NCBI GenBank assembly: GCA_032654565.1
Contig: JAULAX010000017.1
Coordinates: forward strand, 512,001-576,000
Direction of reading: 5' to 3'
Source of the DNA: Anaeromyxobacteraceae bacterium
Lineage (GTDB): Bacteria; Myxococcota; Myxococcia; Myxococcales; Anaeromyxobacteraceae
Length of the DNA: 64,000 bases
This document shows positions 12,227 to 22,764 of this stretch, piece by piece. How positions within the stretch are numbered: the stretch's first letter is position 1; each line of letters opens with the position of its first letter. The notes below the pieces were generated by a model. It ran no database searches, was not told the origin of the DNA, and was given only the letters and a program-made list of their open reading frames with translations. Both the position numbers and the translations under genes were made by a program.

Positions 12227-12937
12227 TCAGGCCTTCTCACCGAGCACGAAGACCCGGTCGCCCCGTCCCCAGGAGTTGGCCAGGAAGAGCGCGTAGAGCG
12301 CGTGGCACGCCAGCTTCCTGGCCGGCCCGTAGCGCCCGTAGCTGAGCGACTCCCCGCCGGATCCGGAGACCGCCGACCTGAAGATGGGCGAGTAGAACGG
12401 GAAGCCCCACTCGACCTCGCGGGCGATGCGAAGGCCGGCGTCGCGCATCATCCCGGCCAGCTGCCCGCGCCGGTAGTTCCGCAGGTGTCCGATCTCCCGC
12501 TCGCCCGGGCGCATGGTGCCCTGCACGGAGACGCAGAAGACCCAGCGGGCGCTGGCCCGCGCCAGCGCGGCCACCAGCTCGGCGTCCCGCTCCACGTGCT
12601 CGAGGACGTCGATGCAGGTGACCAGGTCGAATGGCCCGAGCCGGGCGGCCCCGGCGGCGTCGCCGACGTGGAACTCCCCGCCCGGGCAGCGCCCCCGGGC
12701 GCGCGCCACCGCCTCCGCCGAGACGTCGAGCCCGACGGCCCGCGCCGGGGCGTAGCGTCCCTGCAGGAAGGCGAGGTTGCTCCCCTCCCCGCAGCCGACG
12801 TCGAGCACCGATCCGATGGCCAACCCGTCGAGCATCCGGGCCATCACCCTCCGCTGGTGGCGGCTGGTGGGGCCGTAGCGCTGCATGTCTCCCCAGTCTC
12901 CCGACCAGAGCTCATCGTAGGGAGAGGCGGCATCCAT
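12227..12937 (-). CDS. Class I SAM-dependent methyltransferase
   Basis: VLDVGCGEG, FDLVTCIDVLEHV, GHLRNY. Confidence 0.85.
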   Translation of the reverse strand: MDAASPYDELWSGDWGDMQRYGPTSRHQRRVMARMLDGLAIGSVLDVGCGEGSNLAFLQGRYAPARAVGLDVSAEAVARARGRCPGGEFHVGDAAGAARLGPFDLVTCIDVLEHVERDAELVAALARASARWVFCVSVQGTMRPGEREIGHLRNYRRGQLAGMMRDAGLRIAREVEWGFPFYSPIFRSAVSGSGGESLSYGRYGPARKLACHALYALFLANSWGRGDRVFVLGEKA

Positions 12938-12969
12938 GGCGGGTCCTTACCATGGCCGGACGGAGCCGG

Positions 12970-13007
12970 AAGCGAAACGCGCCGGCCCCCTCTCGAGGAC
13001 CGGCGCG
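12970..13007 (-). terminator. Probable intrinsic terminator after rplC
   Basis: Minus strand CGCGCCGGTCCTC-GAGA-GGGGGCCGGCGCG followed by TTTCGCTT: 13-bp stem (two G-U), GNRA loop. Confidence 0.65.
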
Positions 13008-13034
13008 CCGGTGCAGCCTGGCCGCGAGGGAAGC

Positions 13035-13745
13035 CTAGACCTTCGGCTTGGAGCGCTCGCGGGTGACCTGCTTCTGCTTGGCGCGGGGCTGGCCCTTGGC
13101 GGCGGTGCCGACGAAGAGCAGGCCGTCGGCGTGGCCGGGGACCGCGCCGGTCACCAGCATGATGTTCTTGTCCGCCTCGATCCCCTCGACGAAGAGGTTC
13201 TGGACGGTCTGGATGTCGACGCCGTAGTGGCCGGGGAGGTGCTTGCCCTTCCAGACCTTGCCGGGCGTCTTGCGCTGTCCGATGGCGCCCGGGTGGCGGT
13301 GGTGCTCGTGGGCGGTGGAGGAGTCGCGGGCGGCGCCCTTCATCCCCCAGCGCTTGAAGACGCCGGCGAAGCCGCGCCCCTTGGTGACGCCGGTGACGTC
13401 GACCCGCTGGTCGAGCTTGAAGACCTTGTCGACGGTGAGCACGTCGCCGGCCTTGAGCTCGCCGAGCAGCTTGACGTCCTTGACCCGCACCTCCTGGAGG
13501 TGGCGGAACAGGCCGGTGCCGGCCTTCTTGAAGACGCCGATCTCACCCTTGGAGAGCCGGTGGGAGTGCTTCTCGTCGATGGCCCCGAAGCCGAGGACGA
13601 CGGCGTCGTAGCCGTCCTTCTCCTTCGACTTGCGCCGGATGACCGTGCAGGGACCGACCTCGAGGACCGTGACCGCCTTGCAGTCGCCCTCGGCGGTGAA
13701 GATCTGCGTCATCCCCACCTTCTTCGCCAACAGACCCGTCGCCAT
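13035..13745 (-). CDS. rplC: 50S ribosomal protein L3
   Basis: GLLAKKVGMTQIF, DGYDAVVLGF, VDVTGVTKGRGFAGVFKRW, HRHPGAIGQRKTPGKVWKGK, GAVPG. Confidence 0.95.
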   Translation of the reverse strand: MATGLLAKKVGMTQIFTAEGDCKAVTVLEVGPCTVIRRKSKEKDGYDAVVLGFGAIDEKHSHRLSKGEIGVFKKAGTGLFRHLQEVRVKDVKLLGELKAGDVLTVDKVFKLDQRVDVTGVTKGRGFAGVFKRWGMKGAARDSSTAHEHHRHPGAIGQRKTPGKVWKGKHLPGHYGVDIQTVQNLFVEGIEADKNIMLVTGAVPGHADGLLFVGTAAKGQPRAKQKQVTRERSKPKV

Positions 13746-13816
13746 GTGTGCCACCTCGCATTGGTCCGCCGTGCGTCGCCATCGACCACGGAGGACGTGC
13801 CGTTGTAAGGGCGCGG

Positions 13817-13845
13817 GTTGTACGGGTTCCGCAAGGAGCTGTCAA
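13817..13845 (-). promoter_or_regulatory. Sigma-70-type promoter for rplC
   Basis: Minus strand TTGACA-17 bp-TACAAC, about 70 bp upstream of the rplC start. Confidence 0.7.
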
Positions 13846-14525
13846 GTGCCCGGAATGACGAGGAGGTAGCCCTCCCCACCGGCCGTCAGCCCCCCTCCGA
13901 GGACCTCCGCCACCCGCCTCGCCATCGGCAGCGAGAGCGCCCGGCCGGTCGGGTCGGAGAGCGCCCCCTTGACCGGGTCGTCGAGCCGCTCCACCGGCGC
14001 CCCCCGGATGAGCAGCCGGACCCCGCCGCCGGAGACCTCCCCGGTGATCCGGACCGGGGCCCCGCCGCGCCCCGCCACCGCCACCACCCCCTCCACGGCC
14101 CGCTCCAGCAGCACCCGGTCGCCGCGACAGGACAGGCCGGGCGGGAGCCGCACCTCGACCGCCGGCGCCGGCGAACCCCGCGCCAGCGCCGCCGCCACCA
14201 GGGAGGCGAGGTCCAGCGGCCCGAGCCGGAGCGGGTACCCGCCGGCGTCGAGCCGCTCGCAGAGCAGGTGGTCCTCCACCAGCACCTGGATCCGCTCCAG
14301 GGCCCGGGCGCCCAGCCCGGCCAGCTTGATCCCCCGGTCGCCGGCCCGCTCGTCGGGTCGGAGCCGGGTCATCAGCTCGGCGCTCCAGATGGCCGTGGAG
14401 AGCGGGTTGCGCAGCTCGTGGGCCACGAAGCCGAGGTGGCTGCCCCGATCGAGGGCGGCTGCCACCACCGGCCGTGACAGGGTCACCCCGGGTGCTCCGC
14501 TGGCTGGCTTCCCGTCTTCGGACAC
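13842..14525 (-). CDS. Sensor-less HisKA protein with degenerate ATPase domain
   Basis: H-box VAHELRNPL present; N, G1 and G2 boxes not recognisable; GTG start after GGGGAGAAGG. Confidence 0.7.
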   Translation of the reverse strand: MSEDGKPASGAPGVTLSRPVVAAALDRGSHLGFVAHELRNPLSTAIWSAELMTRLRPDERAGDRGIKLAGLGARALERIQVLVEDHLLCERLDAGGYPLRLGPLDLASLVAAALARGSPAPAVEVRLPPGLSCRGDRVLLERAVEGVVAVAGRGGAPVRITGEVSGGGVRLLIRGAPVERLDDPVKGALSDPTGRALSLPMARRVAEVLGGGLTAGGEGYLLVIPGT

Positions 14526-14575
14526 GCGCCTTCTCCCCGCCGGGAGTGTACCCGCTCGGCCGCCCCGCCATGGAA

Positions 14576-14695
14576 CCGACATGTCCGACCCGACATGTCC
14601 GGCACCGCCACCGCGGCACCGCCACTGGCACCGCCACTCCATGTCCGGCACCGCCATTCCGCCACTCCATGTCCGGCACCGCCATTCCGCCACTC
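14576..14695. repeat. Intergenic short tandem repeat cluster
   Basis: 28-mer CATGTCCGGCACCGCCATTCCGCCACTC twice exactly (14640-14667, 14668-14695); GGCACCGCCA five times; CCGACATGTCCG twice. Confidence 0.85.
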
Positions 14696-15030
14696 ACCTG
14701 GCCCGGTCCCCGCTGCCGCGCAGGCCGGGCGTGGGGCTCCGTGGCTCCTCGGCTGGTCGGCTCGGGTGGGTCTGTGTGCCCCCATGGGTCGCTGGGAGGT
14801 CAGCCTGGACCCGCCGGAAGGGGCGGCGCGGCCGAGGCGCAGGTGAAGGTCCTTCGATCCCCTGGTCGACAGCCATCCCTGCGGGGTTCGAAGATATTTC
14901 CTTGACCCTTTGGGTTGCACCTTCCCGGTCAGCGCCACGATCCGGACCATCCGCAAGGGCTCCAAGAGGGGGCACGCCAGTTGCTTGTGGAGGTCCCGCC
15001 CCCGACGACGGGGCGCCGCCGGGAGACCAG

Positions 15031-15885
15031 ATGCCCTCCAAGGACCAGCCGCCCAGCCCCACCGCGCTCGACGCCTACCTGGCCGAGATCCGGCGCATCC
15101 CCCTGCTCAGCATCGACGAGGAGCAGGCCCTGGCCCGCCGCTTCCTCGAGGGGGACGGCCGCGCCGGCCACCAGCTGGTGGCCGCCAACCTGCGCTTCGT
15201 GGTCAAGGTGGCCTTCGAGTACCGGTCCTACGGCCTGCGCATGCCCGACCTGGTCCAGGAGGGGAACATCGGGCTGATGCGGGCGGTCCAGAAGTTCGAC
15301 CCCGACAAGCGGATCCGGCTCATCTCCTACGCCGTCTGGTGGATCCGGGCCTACATCCAGAACCACATCCTCCGCTCCTGGTCGCTGGTCAAGCTGGGGA
15401 CCACCCAGTCCCAGCGCAAGCTCTTCTTCTCGCTGGCGCGGGCCCGCCGCCAGCTGGAGCGGTCCGCCGACGAGCCGGGCGACAGCCGTGAGCTGGCCCG
15501 CTCGCTCTCGGTGAAACCATCGGAGGTGGAGGAGATGACGGCCCGGCTCGACGGTCGCGACCAGTCGCTCGACCAGCCCCTCGGAGACGACGGCGGCGCC
15601 ACCTTCGGCGACCGGCTCGCCACCGCCGCCCCGTCGGCGCACGACGAGCTGGCGGCGGCGCAGCAGCAGCAGCGGGTGGGGGCCGGGGTGCAGGCGGCGC
15701 TGGCCCGGCTCGACGTCCGCGAGCGGTTCATCATCGAGCAGCGGATCATGGCCGAGCCCCCCATGTCGCTCCGCGAGCTGGGCGATCACTTCGGCTTCTC
15801 GCGGGAGCGGGCCCGGCAGCTGGAGCTGCGGGCCACCGAGCGGCTGCGGCTGGAGCTGGCCGGGCTGGCGGCCGAGGCGGCCTGA
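15031..15885 (+). CDS. RpoH/sigma-32 family RNA polymerase sigma factor
   Basis: [42 protein letters not shown], RpoH-box-like [25 protein letters not shown]. Confidence 0.9.
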   Translation: MPSKDQPPSPTALDAYLAEIRRIPLLSIDEEQALARRFLEGDGRAGHQLVAANLRFVVKVAFEYRSYGLRMPDLVQEGNIGLMRAVQKFDPDKRIRLISYAVWWIRAYIQNHILRSWSLVKLGTTQSQRKLFFSLARARRQLERSADEPGDSRELARSLSVKPSEVEEMTARLDGRDQSLDQPLGDDGGATFGDRLATAAPSAHDELAAAQQQQRVGAGVQAALARLDVRERFIIEQRIMAEPPMSLRELGDHFGFSRERARQLELRATERLRLELAGLAAEAA

Positions 15886-15929
15886 CCCGAAGCGGCCGGA
15901 CCCAGGCGAGCGGGGTCCGGGGCTGCTCC

Positions 15930-16107
15930 AGAGCGCATCTCGTGACCCCCGGCCGTAGCGAGGCGAGCGAGGCCGAGCACCGAGCGGGGCACCCGACGAC
16001 CGAGCAGCGGAAGCGTGCTGGTGGCCCGCTGAGCAGCGCAGGGAGGAGGCTGCCCCGCGAATGCCGGCATCGTTCGCCGCAGTAGGCTGGGGGTTATGGG
16101 ATGTGCT

Positions 16108-16109
<2 letters not shown>
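15930..16109. mobile_element. ~180-bp MITE-like hairpin element
   Basis: 25-bp terminal inverted repeats (20/25 identical) with nested inner inverted repeats; non-coding; right end overlaps the TAG of the convergent gene. Confidence 0.6.
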
Positions 16110-17495
<1,386 letters not shown>

Positions 17496-17499
<4 letters not shown>

Positions 17500-19001
17500 G
17501 CGGCCTGGTCGGCGCCGCGGGGCGCCGCGGACTCCTGGAGCGTCACGGTGAAGATGGTACCGCCTTCCGGCGGGCACCTATACCCGATGTGGCCGCCATG
17601 TTCCGCAACGATCCGCGCCGAGATGGCCAGCCCCAGCCCGTTCCCCTCCCGCTTGGTGGTGAAGAACGGCTTGAAGAGCTGCTCGCGCAGGTCGGCCGGG
17701 ATCCCCGGGCCGCTGTCGGCGATCTTCACGATCACCTGCCGGGCCTCGCCGCGCCGGGAGTCGACGCGGAGCACCCCGGGGCGCCCGCTCATGGCCTGCA
17801 CCGCGTTGAGGCAGATGTTGAGGAAGACCTGCTCCAGCTGCGAGGGGTCGGCCAGCACCCCGGGGAGGTCGGCGGCCAGGTTGGCCTCCACCTCCACCAT
17901 GGTGCCCCGGCACTGCTGCCGGATGAGGAAGAGCACCTTCTCCAGCGTGGCGTTCACCTCGGTGGAGCGGAGCTTGGCCTTGGGCGGGCGGGCGAAGGAG
18001 AGCAGGCTCTCCATGGTCTTGGTGAGCCGCTGCACCTGGTGGCGCATCTCGCCCACCACCTCGGCGTGGTGCGGGTTGGTGGCCAGATCCTCGGCCAGCA
18101 GCTCCAGCGCCCCGGAGAGACCGGCCAGCGGGTTCTTGATCTCGTGGGCCAGGCCGGTGGCCACCTCCCCGACGGCGGCGAAGCGGTCGGCCCGGACCAT
18201 CCGCTCCTGGTAGAAGGCCTCCAGCTCGGCCTGGCTGCGGCGCAGCGCCGCCAGCGTGGCGTCGAAGCCGCGGGCCGCCACCCCCAGCTCGTCGGTCCGG
18301 CCCTCGTCGGCCACCACCGTCAGCTCGCCGGCCTCGGCGCGCCGCATGGCCGCCACCAGCCGCTGCAGCGGCCCGATGGCCTCCCGCCCCAGCAGCCAGA
18401 GGGCGATGCCCAGCAGGGCCACCAGGGCGGCGCCCGCCGAGAGGGCCAGGGTGCCGGCCAGCTCCCGCTTGGCCTCGACCACCGGGTCCCTCGAGAAGCG
18501 CAGCTCCAGCCAGCCCCGGACCGTGGCCGTCCCCTCGTGGCAGCGGTTGCAGGAGGTGGCGCTGACGATGGGCTGGATGACCGCGTATTCGTTCGCGGCG
18601 CCACCCGGCTCGGCCACCACCGTGGTCTCCGCGAAGCGGTCGGGCCGGCCCCACGGGCGGGCCCCCACGTACCCCGGATGGGAGGAGATGGAGACCTGCC
18701 CGCTCGGCGCGATCAGCGAGGCGGAGAGCAGGTCGCTGCGATGCGACACCAGCGACTCGAGCAGCTGCGGCACCGCCTGGGGCTGGCCGGAGAGCATGAC
18801 GTTGGAGACCCCGGTCGCCACCATGTGGGCGAAGATCTCGGAGCGCTCCTGCCGGCCCCGCTCCATCCCCGAGCCATAGGACTGGACCGCGCCCACCACC
18901 ATGGCCGTCAAGGTCAGGCCGAAGAGGACCGCGGTGGGGATGAGGATGCGGGCGCGAAGGCTGGCGTCGAGCCGTCCGAAGAGCGATCTCAGGGTAGGCA
19001 T
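17496..19001 (-). CDS. Membrane sensor histidine kinase with periplasmic c-type heme motif and HAMP domain
   Basis: Two TM helices flanking CNRCH (18537-18551); HAMP (DELG); AHEIKNPL; NAVQAM; DSGPG; GNGLGL. Confidence 0.92.
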
Positions 19002-19096
19002 CCCGGGGTTGAGCTGAAGCGAGTTCCGCCATCATCCCAGAGACACCAACCCGTTGGAAGCGACCCGTCGTCGACGCCAGATTCCTCCAGACCAAA

Positions 19097-19133
19097 CGGG
19101 TGAAAACACGCAGCCCTTGCGTGATTTCACCCC
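19097..19133. promoter_or_regulatory. Tandem 16-bp palindromic sites, candidate enhancer
   Basis: CGGGTGAAAACACGCA (19097) and TGCGTGATTTCACCCC (19118), 21 bp apart, about 140 bp upstream of a sigma-54 promoter. Confidence 0.65.
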
Positions 19134-19273
19134 GCCGGCGCCGATCCGGCGAAACCGGTGCGCCAACCGCCCGGAGCGACAAATCGCCGCGGAACCCCGC
19201 AAAGGCCGCCCATCCCCGCGTGGCGTCACGATCCGCCGCCGCCCGGAGCCACGCAGTCCCTACGGGGACTTAG

Positions 19274-19289
19274 CGGCACCCGGCTTGCA
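19274..19289 (+). promoter_or_regulatory. Sigma-54 (-24/-12) promoter
   Basis: CGGCACCCGGCTTGCA, exact GG-N10-GC spacing, about 50 bp before the ATG at 19341. Confidence 0.75.
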
Positions 19290-19340
19290 CAAGGGGCGCT
19301 GCACAGTTCCGCCAATTTAGGTCACCGCCTGGACGGAGAG

Positions 19341-21068
19341 ATGAATCCCGTGCCCGTGAGATCTGCCAAGAGCCCCGCTCCGCTCCTCCCCGCCGCCCGC
19401 CTGGTGGTCCTCCTCGCCGTGTCGCTGGTGCTCGCGCCCGGGGCCCTGGCCCAGGCGACACCCCCGCCCGCCAAGGCGCCGGCCGTTGCCAAGGCCGCCG
19501 CCGCCCGGGAGGTCCCGCTGCCGCCGCCGCCGGTCCTCCGCGACGGCACCGTAGTCGCCCCGTCCGCCACCCCCACCTCCGCCGCGGCCCCGGAGCGCTG
19601 CGCCAGCTGCCACGCCGCGGTCAGCGCCAAGCGCTACATCCACCCCTCGCTGCTGAAGAACGACTGCACCGCCTGCCACCGCCCGGCCCCGGCCGAGAAG
19701 GGGAAGTGCCAGTCCCGGACCGCCACCAAGTGGTCGCTGGTCAAGACCGAGCCGGACCTCTGCTACGGCTGCCACAAGCGGATGGACCAGTCGAAGTCGG
19801 TCCACACCGCGGTCCGCCAGGGCTCCTGCCTCTCCTGCCACGCCGCCCACTCCTCCAACTACCCGAAGCTGATCATCCTCCCCCGGGAGAAGCTCTGCCT
19901 GGAGTGCCACGAGGTGGAGCCGCTGCTGGCCAAGGCGGTCCGCCACGCCCCGGTCGCCGAGGGTCGCTGCCTCGACTGCCACGACCCCCACGGCAGCGCC
20001 AACCCCAACCTGATCAGCGCCACCGGCACCGCCGCCTGCCAGAAGTGCCACGACGCCAAGGCGCCCACGGGCAAGGGCACGCCGGGCGCCGGCTACCGGG
20101 TGGACCTGTCGAAGCCGGTGGTCCACAAGGTGATCACCCAGAAGAACGACTGCGGCGCCTGCCACGAGGTCGGCCACTCCGGCGACAACCTCAAGCTGCT
20201 CAAGCGGGGCGGCCTCGACCTCTGCTACGGCTGCCACGAGCGGCAGGACAAGGCCAGGCACCCGCACACCGCCGTCATCGCCGGTGACTGCGCCGTCTGC
20301 CACGACCCGCACAGCTCCGAGAGGCCCAAGCTGCTGGCCGCCGCCACGCCGGCCGGCACCTGCTTCACCTGCCACCAGGACGACCTGACTGGCCGCGCCG
20401 TGATCCACAAGCCCCTGGAGAAGGGGTGCGACCAGTGCCACCTCTCCCACGGCGGCCCCAACCGGAACCTGCTCAAGGGCGGCGAGGGCAAGAAGGCCTG
20501 CCTGGCCTGCCACCAGACGCCGGTCGACGCCGGCAAGGTGAAGCACGCGGCGCTGGAGCGGTACGGCTGCACCGGCTGCCACGACCCGCACGGCACCGCC
20601 AACCGCTTCCTGCTGCCCAAGAAGACCAACGAGCTCTGCGCCGGCTGCCACGAGGGTCAGAAGGACGGAAAGCACGTCTCCACCATCCTGGCGCGCGGCC
20701 ACACCGTGGGCCGGCCCGACCTGGTGGACCCGCGCAAGCCCGACCGGCCCTTCTCCTGCACCTCCTGCCACAACCCGCACGGCTCCGACTTCCCCAACTT
20801 CTTCTACGTGGGGAGCACGCAGATGGAGTCCTGCGACGGCTGCCACGGCGACAAGACCGGCAAGAACCCGGCGCTCAAGAACATCATCTCGCGGTCGAAG
20901 CGGCCGGGCGTCGATCCGGCCTCCGGCACGGCCGGCGGTGGCTCCGGTGGCGCGGGCTCCGGCGGCGCCGGCTCGGGCGGCGCCGGCGGCTCGGGGTCGG
21001 GCGCAGGCGCAGGGACGGGCTCCGGTTCGGGCTCGGGCAGCGGCGACGCCGTGCCTCCGCCGCGCTAG
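19341..21068 (+). CDS. Exported multiheme cytochrome c, 17 CxxCH (doubled-CxxCH repeat type)
   Basis: Signal peptide (...ALA/QA); 17 CxxCH counted manually in H-x-P...CxxCHxPH...LCxxCH repeats; Gly/Ser tail. Confidence 0.92.
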   Translation: MNPVPVRSAKSPAPLLPAARLVVLLAVSLVLAPGALAQATPPPAKAPAVAKAAAAREVPLPPPPVLRDGTVVAPSATPTSAAAPERCASCHAAVSAKRYIHPSLLKNDCTACHRPAPAEKGKCQSRTATKWSLVKTEPDLCYGCHKRMDQSKSVHTAVRQGSCLSCHAAHSSNYPKLIILPREKLCLECHEVEPLLAKAVRHAPVAEGRCLDCHDPHGSANPNLISATGTAACQKCHDAKAPTGKGTPGAGYRVDLSKPVVHKVITQKNDCGACHEVGHSGDNLKLLKRGGLDLCYGCHERQDKARHPHTAVIAGDCAVCHDPHSSERPKLLAAATPAGTCFTCHQDDLTGRAVIHKPLEKGCDQCHLSHGGPNRNLLKGGEGKKACLACHQTPVDAGKVKHAALERYGCTGCHDPHGTANRFLLPKKTNELCAGCHEGQKDGKHVSTILARGHTVGRPDLVDPRKPDRPFSCTSCHNPHGSDFPNFFYVGSTQMESCDGCHGDKTGKNPALKNIISRSKRPGVDPASGTAGGGSGGAGSGGAGSGGAGGSGSGAGAGTGSGSGSGSGDAVPPPR

Positions 21069-21121
21069 GTTAGGGTCGCCCCACTTCCGGCCGCGGCCAC
21101 ACGTCTTCGAGGAGGACCACC

Positions 21122-22735
21122 TTGGGCTTCACCCTGCTGCTCTCGCTGCTGCTGGCCGCGGCTCCCGCCGACGGCGCCGCGGTGGCCACCGTCGACGGCG
21201 TCACCATCTCGGCCAGGGCGCTGCAGGCTCGCCAGGAGGGACACCGCCAGCGAGGCGACCAGGTGGGGGCGGAGGCGGTGGCGCAGAGCCTGGTCGACGA
21301 GGTGCTGCTGGCCGCCGAGGCGGAGCGGCGGAAGCTGGCCCTCCCCCCCGACCTGGCCGCGCAGGTCGAGGAGGCCCGCCGGCGCATCGCCGGCCGGCGC
21401 CACGCCGAGGCCCTCCTCGATCGCCTGGTGCCCGACGAGGCCCAGCTCCAGGAGACCTTCCACCTCAATGCCGACTCGGCGCAGTTCAAGCTGCTGGTCT
21501 TCACCTCGAAGGCGGCCGGCGAGGCGGCCCGGGCGCGGCTGGCCACAGGGGGCTCCTTCGCCGAGGAGGCGAAGCACTCGCTCCACCAGGAGTCGGCCCG
21601 CAACGGCGGTGACATGGGGGTGCGCAACCGCGGCGCCCTCGCCGACGACCTGGCCGCCGTGGTCTTCGCGGCGCCGCTCGACCAGCTGCACGGCCCGGTC
21701 CCCCTCCAGCTCGGCTTCGCGGTGGTGCAGGTGAGCGCCCGGACCATCGGCACCCAGGCCGAGTTCCAGGCCCGCCGGCCGAAGGTGCTGGAGTTCGCCC
21801 GCCAGCAGCTGCGCGGCGCCGGCAAGAAGCACCTGCTGCAGCAGCTCCGGGCCCGCGACCAGGTGAAGCTGGACGAGCCCTTCCTCGGCTCCACCGGCAG
21901 CTCGATGGACCTGGCCCAGGGCGACAAGGTGATCGCCACCGTGGCCGGAACACCGCTGCGCTACCGCGAGCTGCTGGACTACGTGAACGAGGTCTTCAAG
22001 GGGCGCCCGCAGGGGCACGCCTTCGGCCCCTCGGTGAAGGTGGAGATGGCCTGGGCCATGATCGACGCCCGGCTGCTGGAGGCCGACGCGGGCAAGGCCG
22101 GCGTCGACCGGTCGCCGGAGGTGGTCGCCGAGCTGGCGCCGCTGCGGCGCGAGGCCCTGGCGGCGGCGCTCACGGTGGCGATCCGCAGCGCCATCCCCGC
22201 GCCCGGGGAGGCGGAGCTGGCGACCTGGTACCAGGCCCACCGGAAGGAGTACCGGGTGGCCGCCGCCCGCCCCTGCCGCGTCATCGTGGTGCAGACGGCC
22301 GAGGCCGCCGGCGCCGCCCGCCGCCGGATCGGGGGGGGCGAGCCGTTCGAGGCGGTGGCCCGGGCGGTCAGCCTCGACACCGCCAACGCCGGTCGTGGCG
22401 GCGACCTGGGCGAGGTCTCCTTCGACACCCTGGCCGGCATGGAGCGCGACCCGGCCCAGGCGGCGCTGGCCAGGGCCATCCGCGCCGCCCCGGCCGGCGA
22501 GCTGTCCGGGCCGGTCCCGGCCGGCGGGGCCCAGTATCTCTTCCGCTGCGAGGCGGTCCGCCCGGAGCGGGAGCGGCCGCTCGCCGAGGTGCGCGCCGAG
22601 GTGGCGGCGCGCGCCCGGGGCGAGGCCGGCCAGCGCGCCCTCGAGGCCACGCTGGCCCGGCTCCGCGCCGGGGCCAGGATCTCCATCGACCGCGAGGCGG
22701 CGCTGCGGGCCGCACCGTCGCCGCACGCGCCGTGA
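21122..22735 (+). CDS. PpiC/SurA-type peptidyl-prolyl isomerase with two rotamase domains
   Basis: Signal peptide; VATVDG; SFAEEAKHS...NGGDMG; FEAVARAVSLD...GGDLG; TTG start after GAGGAGG. Confidence 0.85.
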   Translation: MGFTLLLSLLLAAAPADGAAVATVDGVTISARALQARQEGHRQRGDQVGAEAVAQSLVDEVLLAAEAERRKLALPPDLAAQVEEARRRIAGRRHAEALLDRLVPDEAQLQETFHLNADSAQFKLLVFTSKAAGEAARARLATGGSFAEEAKHSLHQESARNGGDMGVRNRGALADDLAAVVFAAPLDQLHGPVPLQLGFAVVQVSARTIGTQAEFQARRPKVLEFARQQLRGAGKKHLLQQLRARDQVKLDEPFLGSTGSSMDLAQGDKVIATVAGTPLRYRELLDYVNEVFKGRPQGHAFGPSVKVEMAWAMIDARLLEADAGKAGVDRSPEVVAELAPLRREALAAALTVAIRSAIPAPGEAELATWYQAHRKEYRVAAARPCRVIVVQTAEAAGAARRRIGGGEPFEAVARAVSLDTANAGRGGDLGEVSFDTLAGMERDPAQAALARAIRAAPAGELSGPVPAGGAQYLFRCEAVRPERERPLAEVRAEVAARARGEAGQRALEATLARLRAGARISIDREAALRAAPSPHAP

Positions 22736-22764
22736 CCGCTTCACGCCACGCCAGGAGCCGAACC

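Noticed and set aside
14576..14695. Possible CRISPR array
   Set aside because: Repeats are directly adjacent with no unique spacers, and there are no cas genes in the window.
13969..15030. Long N-terminal extension of the sigma factor in the ORF track
   Set aside because: Overlaps the opposite-strand kinase and the repeat region; an RBS supports the ATG at 15031.
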